Below, one piece after another: positions 54,185 to 64,000 of a stretch of 64,000 bases of DNA. Numbering within the stretch: the stretch's first letter is position 1; each line of letters begins with the position of its first letter. A program made the position numbers and the translations under genes. Origin of the DNA: Chara braunii (Eukaryota; Plantae; Charophyceae); assembly GCA_003427395.1 (NCBI GenBank), contig BFEA01000024.1, forward strand, positions 1,833,563 through 1,897,562. Reading direction: 5' to 3'. The notes under the pieces are model-generated. The model ran no database searches. It had not been told where the DNA came from and saw only the letters and a program-made list of their open reading frames with translations.

Positions 54185-54859
54185 GTCTCCATAAGATTGG
54201 AGGGCCCAGTGCTATGTTTCTTTTTCGATTGCCTGAAGGACCACACAAGTTCTCATAAGTTTGGTTGGTCTGGTTGCTCTGACTTGTGAGGGCTGACTGT
54301 GATTGACTTTCAGGAACCAAGCATGTTTCATAAGTTTGGGTGGCTTGGTCGCCTTGTTTACTTTGAGTTTCTTTCAACTTCTTTTGGTTTTGAACGAGGA
54401 GGTCTGAGCATGTTCCATAAGTTTGGGTGGCTCAGCCTCTTCCTGCTTTGGCTTTAAGAGAAAAAACAAGGCTGAGGACCAGACATGTTTCACAAGTTTT
54501 GGTGGTCTTGGTCCAACGCCATGCACATGCTGGAACCAAAAGGCTATAACTTGACTATATTTTATTACTATCCTACTTATGAACATGCTAGTCAGACAGG
54601 GTTCCATAAGTTTGGGTAGTCTGACTATAGCTTATCACCAACTGAAGAGAGTACTTGAGTTGAAGATGATTAATTCAGTTATATGCTACCTCATAAGACT
54701 ACGTGCAGATAATTATATAAAACAGGGATACTTAAATTGTTCAGGGCGACTAGGGTGGCCTAGTCATATGCCCAAAGAAGAGAAAAGTTATTGTGTCCTG
54801 TGTTTGTGTACACTCAATGGCTGAGCTAGACATGTTCCATAAGTTTGGCTGGTCTAGCT
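54185..54859 (+). other. Array of 7 (plus 1 loop-deleted) constant-loop/variable-stem hairpins (copy 2)
   Basis: ATGTTCCATAAGTTTGGGTG enclosed by stems ACCAAGC/GCTTGGT, CTGAGC/GCTCAG, GGACCAGAC/GTCtTGGTCC, TAGTCAGAC/GTCTGACTA and AGCTAGAC/GTCTAGCT. Confidence 0.9.
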
Positions 54860-55169
54860 TTATGCCCTATGTAAGCTGGGTATAAAGGGATAAACCATTG
54901 GGAGACTATGAATTATTGTTTGATAAAGTTTACTTTGGGATGATGAGAGTACTTACCTTTGTGGTTTGACTTGCATGTGGCTGAGTCAGATCATTATGTA
55001 GTCCGAGTTTCAGTTCGATAGGTAGTTGCTCCACTTGCTCGCCACGTGCTAGAGCCATAGGAGTTAGTTTTAATTTTTGCATTTTCCGAGCTAAGTTTAT
55101 TTTATCTAAGTCAATTTCTACATTTTCTGGGATCTTTTGTTATACTTGGCTTTGTATAAATTTTAGTAA

Positions 55170-55675
55170 GCTACTTTCTCTACTGGAAGCGCTGCCGAAA
55201 TTTCTACAAAACCAAGGAGTTAGTAAGACTTTGTCTTTTCAAAGTTCAACTTGTCTGACTTTTATATACGACTTAGAAAAAAAAAGTGTGCTGCCCGAAT
55301 TTTTGCTAATTCAGGGGTTTAGACAAAATTGGACCTTGAGAAGTCAAAGTCACTTCATATTTTGAATTTAACTTTGTATAAATCTTGGATTAACACTTTT
55401 CTAAAGGGAGTGCTGCATAAATTTTTACAAATTTAAGGAGTTAGTTAAATTTTGTTTTAATTAAACTCGGGTTTTGCTCTGGGTTCATATCTGACTTAAT
55501 AAAAATATGGAAAGTCTTCTTTTCTAAAGGGAGTGCTGCCAAAATTTTTACTAATTCAGGGAGTTGGAAAAAATTGGAATTTTCAAAATTAGATTTTGAT
55601 TTTTGTTTTCATATTTGAGTTGTTATAAATTCTGAGAAGACACTTTTTCTACGGGAAGCGCTGGCGAAATTTTCT
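55170..55675. repeat. ~123-bp satellite, 5 units (copy 2)
   Basis: Reverse-complement core at ~55191, 55290, 55412, 55535 and 55660. Confidence 0.8.
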
Positions 55676-58600
55676 TAGTTTAGAGGAGTTAGATTATATT
55701 TTGACACATGACAATTCTGGCAATCCACTCCATATAGAGGAGATTCTACCAAAGGTCTACCTTTTCTTTATACACTGGCTTAGGGGTAGACTCAGGCTTA
55801 GTTAAGTAGAATAATTCTTTGTGAGATTGTAATTATGAAGATTATTCTCGATTCGGACTCATAGATTTAACCTGAGGATTGATATGTCTTGTGTTACAGG
55901 TCCTCTTGATCGTTTGATTCAGGATCTGGAATAGATTCAACTTGATCCCACGAGGATCATCTTATGTTATCACTGATAACAAGTCGGTTGCCGATTCGTC
56001 GGTTTACGACTCAACTCCAGTCCACTCTTGTCACTCAACCTAAAAGTTTTAGTCTTATGATTTGAATTGTTTTGTTGTGTTTTCGCCCGGACTTTATTTG
56101 AATGACCATTTAAAGAAAAGTACTGAGTATTTTATTTTGAGGAGTTCCACAAGAGTGAGGCTGGCATGGCTAAAACGAGGGGTATGAGTGAAGAGAATGG
56201 TTGAAGTTGACCCCGTGAAGTGCATGGACTTTTGGTTGAATTTTTGATGTAATTGCAAGTATATTTTGTGGTTCGGACTTTAGAGTGACTCTCTTCGATC
56301 ATATACATATATATGGCTGAGAGAAATCCCACTGTGATTGTGAGAAGCGATTGTCACATAATTATAACCCTCTATGTATATGTAAACACATATGTTTTGA
56401 GTGTTTCGCGCGGCCTACTGTGACCGCGCATAAAGGTTAAATAGATTATGTTTTTGACAGAAAAAGGAAATCTCATGTTATCCTTTGTTTTTTAGAGGTC
56501 TTTATTGTTGGACGTTGTAGTCCGTGGCAGCCATCAAAGTCAAACCCCTTGATTTCTCTCCAGACCCTGGATGATAGAGATGGTCTTCAGGGCGATAAGA
56601 GACGATTGCCACCACAGGTATGAACATGTGTACCACCCATTTCCGTAGGGTGCAGAAGAGGGTGTGGTTCCCAGCCGCGCTTGGTGGTTGTCCAGCGTCG
56701 AGAGATCAATCCCTCAAGGCGCGTGTCAGCCGACATTTGAGTGTCGAATGCGAACCTTGAGATTATCGAGGACCGCATGAGTATGGGTACTACATAATAC
56801 GCCATCATTGCAACTGCTTACGTATGGCATTGCTTGCAATACAAGTCGATATGAGGTTACCCCTGCGTCTGCGCGGTTCTATACTAAGTCTTGCGGGCAA
56901 CGCCTATCCGATTTCCGCATCGGAGAGTTATGAGATAGCTACTAAGGGACTAGGAGTGTTGTCACGTTGTTTGTTTTGTGTCGTTCTGTATATGTATGTG
57001 TATGTGTGTGTGTGTTTATTTTTATGTTCTTTAGAGTGGTGTATGTGTGGTGTGTGGGATGCGTCCTAGTCGACCGACGACGAGTCGCGCTTGGGACCTC
57101 AACCCCCCAAGGCGTCAGTTCGCGTGCGGGTCCGATAGAGGCGTAAAGTCGCGCGTACCCCCTATGCTACAGTGAACAAGAAACGCCCTCGGCTGGTCCA
57201 CCTCTGCGATTGCAACTGATTAGCTTTCGTACTGTGGACTGGTAGCTTGGCGGGGATACACCCACCGAACGGAGGTGACAACTCCCGTAAGGTGGAGGTA
57301 AGTCGTGCCTCACGTAGGCCCTATCCTGTCGTAGGGGCTCGCGAGAGGTATGGCTGGCGCACTCGGCCGGAGCGGCTTGCGGAAACTCCATATGTATTCG
57401 CGACGACGATCAGACCAACTCCTGCATGACGTGGCCGGGAGGGTCCCGCTCCGCCTTGCGCGGTGCCAGACCGATCCGCTCGACAACGTTGAGCATAGCA
57501 GGCAGCACGGCCCCTGTACTGTATCGGTCAGCCCAATCATAACGAATACTATGACCACGTGACATCAGGGGAATGTGCACTATCATGGTCTTATTCCACT
57601 ACTTACTGAATATACAGAATACACATGAATCTCTCGTTATAGTGCAGGAAGATGCACACGCCTTAGCACTCCTCCTTTCGGGCGCAACCTTCAATCCACG
57701 CCCAAAAAAAAACTAACCACTAAATCTTAATAACGTCATTCCTATTGAATCTGCCATAACTAAGAACCCCCACTTCGATTTCCCCTTCGTTTGTTTTCCT
57801 CGGGAAACGAGCGAGCTACACAACCATTTCTGTCATATCCAGCGCGCCTCGATACCTCCGCGCATCATTATTCCTCTTCAGCTTCATCCCTGTCTATCCT
57901 TTGCTAAACCTAACCACGGATCTGCATTCGCCCGAGGTTAAAAACCCCTATCTACCACCTTCCCCCATTCGTTTCATTGAGAACGAGCGGGGCACACGCC
58001 TTCGACCTCCGCCATAGCCACCTTCATACTACCTCCACGCAACCACTTTCTCTCCTACCTCCCTGTCTACTAACCCATTGCCCAAACTAATACTACTACT
58101 AAGCTCGCCTGGTCCAAGAACCTCAGGTTTGCATCTTTGTTTGTCGAAAACGGTCGAGAAACGGCCAAGTAAACTAATTTTCACTCCCGTTCGTCTTCCT
58201 TTCCGACACTCTCCGCGCAATCACTTTCTTATTTAACCCTCGTTCTAATAATCCTAGTATAGCAAAACTAAGCCCGCCATTCACCTCGCCCTATTATAAA
58301 ATATTGAAAACGAGCCTTCATTCGTCGGTTGTCATCGAGGAACGGGTGCGATCTTCACTTTCTGCTTCCACTCACTCCTGCCTACTTCCGCCATAGTCTG
58401 CCCCCCTTCTCTGCATGCACCTGGCACGACCCGCGTCTAGCTCCACCCCTTTTTCTTTTTATGTCCCTACGTTGTCCGTCACTTCCTCGCTCCCGGACGC
58501 TCCACTCTCCCGTTCACCTGCCTCCCTCGGACCGTCCGGGCATCAACCTCCACACATAGCAGGCCGGTCGTAATGAACACGGAATCCCACTAAGGAATGT

Positions 58601-59074
58601 GCAACACTCACCTGATGAAATCAATCAGCCCCGACCAGCATGGCACTGCAGTGCATAGCTCAGACGTTGCAGCCAGTGGCAGGGATCAAGGTCTGTGGTA
58701 ACGCGAGCTAAGTGTAACGGCCCTGGTATAGATCCTGGTGGTAGTAGCAAATATTCAGGTGAAACTTTTAAGACTGACATGAAAAAGGGTTCCCCGCAAT
58801 CCGCAGCTTGCCACGGCGCCGCTACGGTCTCTCAACAGCGCCCTGGACCGCTATCGAGTCACTGCACTGGGGACAATCAACCATTTTTGGGTCCCAACGA
58901 GCATGCTCACATTCAATCTTCTCATAGCAGATTGGCTGGTGGGCCGCGCAGCTGCAAAGGCACGCGCCATTTGAGCCCTCCCATCTCGAGGACTGATCAC
59001 CCAACGATTTTGGCATGCGCGTTGACCGCCATTAGCCCCGGTGTCGCACCCGACTTATAAATAACAGAAACGAA

Positions 59075-59118
<44 letters not shown>

Positions 59119-59767
59119 TAATAATAATGATAATAATAATATAATAATAATAATAATATGGTGAAATAATAATCATGAAGGCAACGAAAAGCTCCGGCCC
59201 CACGACAACAAAACCATGAGGGATAAGCTCGCCGGGTGCTCAACCTCTCAGTCCCTTCGCGCTACCTCGATACTCCCGCGCCATCGCTCTTCGGCATCGA
59301 TCCCTGAACCTCCCAAATAAAAGTCCAACACCGTAACCAATAGTGCTAGGTCCAAGGCTGGGTCTAGTTTTGACGGACACCTAAATAAACACATACTGCG
59401 TGATGCACAGATCTACCGAAACGTTTTCAAAAATCTCGTTGTCGTCGATGTCGTCCCCCACATGTATGTACAGGTCACCGGCAAGCGCACCAGTCCAGAG
59501 ACAATCTTTTTAATTCTCGTTTAATTAAAAATAAAAATTTAACCGGCAACCGCACCGACTTCACAATCATCAATACGAAGAAAGATCACGTGCGCCTTCA
59601 GTCTGCACGCCCACACACTCTCTACTCTAGTCAACCATTCAGTCAACGTAAACCACATACACTGTCACGACTGGCGCGGTGTACTTAAACTTTAAACTAA
59701 ACTTATTTTTTGTCATCTACGAAAACCAGGGCGGATACCCTTGTAAGGGTGTTCGCACCGACATCGC

Positions 59768-59926
59768 GATCGAATGAATCATCTGCTAGAACACGAAAAT
59801 ATACACTGCCACACATGTAGATTCAGTCCAAAAACCCGAGGCCAAAAAGGTCGCACCAACAGCAGGCTTCCTCCCGAGTGTTCCACAAGATTGTTGCAAA
59901 ATCGTGCCGCCCAAACTCCATTCGCA
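59768..59926 (+). mobile_element. Gypsy 3' LTR, part 3 (end)
   Basis: Collinear with ~31365-31522; ends TCGCA. Confidence 0.8.
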
Positions 59927-60094
59927 CAGGCCCAAACCAACCTCGGCCCAAACAGTCGCTGCCAGACTAAAAAAAAAATATCATGGAAAAACAATATTTA
60001 AGTTTTCTTGGGATTTTGATTCGTAGTTTACTAGGGCCTATGGGTCCCCTTTTTGATGAGCTTCAAGGTTTTAATTGGGAGAATTTTTGAATCT

Positions 60095-61150
60095 TTGTCC
60101 GACCCAACTCGTTTCCTCTCCCACCCCGCTCGTGTCCCGAGCCCATCCTACTCCCCGTTCCAACCTTGTCCATCCCACGGGAGGAACTCTCCCCTCCCAC
60201 CCATCCTTCCTCCCCCGATCTTTGATCCTATCCCGACCCGCTCGAGCCGGGCCCCCCCCTTCAATTCATTTGACCTTGGTCCCTCCGATTGGCTTCTCTC
60301 TCCAACCCGTTGTCGCCTAGATCCCACCCATCCCGATCTTCTCCCGTCCCGACCTCGCCCTATCCCGACCTGCGTTCTGCTCTAGCTCCATCTCGCCCTG
60401 ATCCCCGTCCCGGCCTCGTTCCTGCCCCGATCCCATCCACCCCGGTCTTCTTCCACTCCAACCCCGCCTTGTCCTGCCCCGCCCTCACCCTCGTCCCGTC
60501 TTCGTCCTAACCCGACCCCGTGCTCCCACCCTGATCCCCGTCTACCCTGGTCCTCTTCCGTTCCGATCTCGCCCTGTCCCATCCCGTCCCGACCCTCGTC
60601 CCGTCTTCATCTTATCCCGACCCCGTTCTGTCCTCACCCCGCCCCAATCCCATCCATCCTGATCCTTTCTCGTGCTGACCTCGCTCCCGTCTTCGTCCTA
60701 TCCCGACCCCGATCCTGTCCACCCGGTCATCTTCCATTCTGATCTCGCCCTGTCCCATCCCGTCCCAACCCTCGTCCTGTCTTCATCCTATCTCAGCCCC
60801 GCTCTGTTCTCACACCCCCCCCGATCTCGTCCATCCCGACCCCTTCCCGTGCTCACCTCGCCCTTTCCCGTTCCCAATCCAATCTCGTTCATGCTGATTG
60901 GCTCTCGTTTTGCCCTGACCCTTTCCCGACCCGCCCCGAACCGCGTCCCATCTTCGTTCAGTCCCTCACCCCTACTCTGCTCCGTTTCCACAGACCCGTC
61001 CCGACCCCCGTCCCGTTAGCATCTTATCCTGACCCTGCCCCGATCCCCCTCGTCCCGATCCTGTCCACCCCGAGCTTTTCCCGTGCCCTATCTCCCTCCC
61101 TGGTTCATGATCTTGTTCCGATCTACCACCCCTTTCTCGAACCCTGTCCC
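60095..61150. repeat. Degenerate CCCG(T/A)-rich minisatellite
   Basis: Recurrent cccgtcccgaccctcgtcccgtcttc(g/a)tcctatcccgacccc units. Confidence 0.75.
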
Positions 61151-61295
61151 CCTTTAGAAGATTACGGGAGAGCCGATTTTCGGGAAGTAGGCGGCAAACG
61201 AGTACGCCTTAAGCCAACTATTTTCAACCTACAGTCGTCCTCAATCTACACAAGAGCATTGATAGCTGAGCACAGGTTCGTCGCACCCCAAAAGC

Positions 61296-64000
61296 ATGTC
61301 GAGCCAAAAAAATGAGGCTAGGAAGGGGAAAGGGTTGCCACGGACGATTTGGCATCAGGGCGCCATGGGGCACCACTCGTCCGACTGGCGGCCTCGGCGA
61401 GAGGAAGGGAGGAAGGAGGATGTAACCATGACAGAAACATCATCCTCCCATCCACCCTCCACAATCCACGCGGAAGGTGCACAATCCCCCTCACAATCTC
61501 CCCCCCCTCCAGCAGAGCTGTTGAAGGAAATGAAAGACCTGCAGGAAAGGAAAGAAGTCAATAACAGTCAATCCCGGTGGACTACATGGGCAGACAAGCT
61601 TAAAAAGATGTACTCTGGCCAGACCTTATGGAGAGGGGGAAGGAAACCTGGAAATCCCACTGGACAATCTGACCACAGCGTCAACTTTCTTCTTAGCAAA
61701 ATTCTTAGCTAAGCCAGAGGATAAGATAATCAGCCAAGGGGGAAAAAAGCAAAGGGTAAAAGCACTTCCAGGGGATGTGATCAAGGAAAGGGATGCAATA
61801 TACACTCGCCACGCGAGTACATGGGTTTTTTATGACGACGCAGCCTGCAAATCTACCAATGATAAGGTAGGGTGGATCTGGAAACGGCTCGCAACCCTCA
61901 AAGGATCCGAGGAGGGGGCGCGAGATTTCTTCCTGATCCAACCTATCTCGTCAACGGTAGTCAAGGTAATTTGCATGTTTGATTCAAACAAAAGAATCAT
62001 GGACACATGACGGAGCATACCATGCGGGCGGGCGGAGGTCCGGATTTTTCCCTGTTCTCCCCCAAAACAGCAAAAACCAGAGGAAAAGGGGGACCGATTA
62101 ATATCCGATCATTACTAGGTGGAATTCCGTCATGTGCCCATTGAAATTCAAGGGGCCTTTGTGCGAGAATTAGCCCAAAAATATGAAATTGTTGACTTCA
62201 TCGATCCTTTCCCACCCCATGTGACCCCAAGGGATGACTACCTCATGATAGCCCTTGATCTTCGGAAAGGCCACATCTTCACCATTGACGACGTGATCCT
62301 CTTCCGAATAGGAGGGCGAGATTTCATAATCCACACGACACATAAAACGAGACCCTGGTGTGTTAAATGCCAGACATACAACCATCTCCCGACAGAATCT
62401 AACTGTCCCCACCACCCGGCCAAAAGGATTAGAATCACAGGGCGTCTGATCCGTGACCCTCTCAAAGACACCCGATGGAGGACGGTCGATGCCGGTCACG
62501 AAGGATGGGTATACGTGGATGAGCCACGAGAGGGAGGTGGAGTGAGGGGATGGGAATGACAAAAAGGGGAGACTTTGGAATGGAATACCAAACCCCCAAA
62601 TCAATGGACCCCCCCAAACCAGTGGAGGCACATATGGACAAGGCTGTCAAATCCCCCCCCAAGGACCCTGAGAAACCAGCACATTCACAACAGACCAGCT
62701 CTGAAGTAGGGGGGACTGAGCTTCATCTTGGACCCAGGCCTCAAGACTTCATCACCCCAACAAATTTGGGATAACTATGGCATTCCCCGACCCCAAAGAA
62801 AAAAACGCATCCAGGCAAGAACGATAAATTACAGAACCAGAGCAAAAGATGCATCCCCAAAAAAACAGAGAACAAATTTCAGGTTATTGCGGACACATTA
62901 GATAACGGGGACAAGCAGTTAGCCGAGCAGGGGACCAGGGAATTGGGGCAAAACGAGCCAACTGGGGGGGAAGGGAAAAATAAGACTCAAGAATGGGCAA
63001 AGGATAAGGGAAAAAAGATGGGGGGTCGGGAAAAGGGAAGGAGAAAGGAAAGGAAAAGGAAGACAACCAACAAGGGATTATACACCGGGCCTCGGAAGAG
63101 GCAGCAGTAGCAGATCCTCCCCGAATGGTTCAGAGCCCGCAAGAACAGCTCCCCAAAATGAGCCCTTCCGGAACCACGCCTTCGCCTGCTATAGGGGAAA
63201 CACCCTCTACAACAGATCCTTTCCTTCAGGCATTCGGACCCCATCCCATAGATTGGGAATCACCGGGGGCCTCCCCGGATGAGAAGATGATGGACAACGC
63301 ACCTGAGGCTTGGGGGTCACAAGGGGAAGAGGATATCGAGACTAAGCTAAAGGGTTTGGCAGAATGGCTAATTAGTCATGTTCGATCATTATATTCAGGT
63401 CAATCAGAGGCATATTGGGACGAGGCTTACGTACACTTGTTCTCCTTACTAGATGAAAGTCCCAATCTAAAACAAGCCCTGGGGCAAGGTCTGTCCCCGA
63501 ATCTGGATTGGCAATCAGCGTTGTATAGAATCTGGAACATTGTACACCAAAAGTTTCAGCCCCCCGAAACGACAAAGGCACCTGACCAGCCTGAAGCATC
63601 AGATCGGGTAGACAGGATACCTGATCTGCCCGAAGACACTGACGGGTTAGGTCATACCAACAAACTCTTCCTTCCTGACAGTACTCAACCGACATCGCAC
63701 GTAGAAATAATCGAACAAGGGAAGGATGAAGATGCACGAAATGCAGAAGAAACAAGACTCTCCAAACGATTAAAAATACGTCATCTCATTGAGAAGGGAT
63801 TGTACCACAAAAGCCTACCGAAAGGGGACAAAGTGTTGGTACTTCCCATCAGAAGGAAGACCGGAAAATGGGAACTGGGTCTGTCACCGGCTGACTCTGA
63901 GGACTCATACGCCCCGTCCTATGGAGGGATGACGTTGCATGGTTGGCACATGAAAAGGGAGGGGACACTAGGAATCCACGAAGTCACAGACTTTATCACA
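61296..64000 (+). pseudogene. LINE ORF1-like remnant running to the window edge
   Basis: VEFRHVP...RPWCVKCQTYNH zinc knuckle followed by a low-complexity charged region; multiple stops; resembles the ORF1 at 6500-7376. Confidence 0.55.

Larger units (their letters stand above)
50542..57485 (+). mobile_element. 6944-bp non-coding TG...CA element, copy 2, nested in inverse orientation in copy 1
   Basis: Termini TGTCG/CGACA; TSD GCGT/ACGT (one mismatch); 50542-51010 matches the reverse complement of 59298-59763, and 53740-57485 matches that of 45747-49350. Confidence 0.85.
45747..59763 (-). mobile_element. ~7.07-kb non-coding TG...CA element, copy 1 (giant solo-LTR-like), interrupted by copy 2
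   Basis: Termini TGTCG/CGACA; perfect 4-bp TSD TCGC (45743-45746, 59764-59767); host LTR resumes on both sides; inverse homology to 50542-57485; strand is relative to copy 2. Confidence 0.85.

Noticed and set aside
54185-54859. CRISPR array call for the repeat-spacer pattern
   Set aside because: Eukaryotic TE context, no cas genes, irregular spacer lengths, spacers shared by both copies, and pairing comes from the flanks rather than a fixed palindromic repeat. Reported as a hairpin array instead.
49161-59243. Short ORFs within the 7-kb elements
   Set aside because: No recognisable domains; similarity between copies is nucleotide-level, and ORF starts and stops are not preserved.

Overview
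Repeat-saturated eukaryotic draft sequence (N gaps, one Nextera junction adapter) with no intact host gene. The mix of chromovirus-type Ty3/Gypsy, L1/Tx1-like LINEs, hAT and pogo MITEs, a tRNA-derived SINE and microsatellites suggests a plant-lineage genome, possibly a streptophyte alga (inference). The right half is a nested stack. A decayed Gypsy element (34.8-39.5 kb) has its 3' LTR interrupted by a 5'-truncated LINE and by a ~7-kb non-coding TGTCG...CGACA element with a 4-bp TSD (45747-59763). A second ~7-kb copy of that family sits inside the first in opposite orientation (50542-57485). The most unusual signal lies inside both 7-kb elements: an array of 6-7 short hairpins sharing a constant ~20-nt apical sequence (ATGTTCCATAAGTTTGGGTG) while each has a different but compensated stem, separated by unique spacers and adjacent to a ~123-bp satellite. 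This looks like a multimerised structured binding-site array carried by a giant solo-LTR-like element. All identities were judged by eye.
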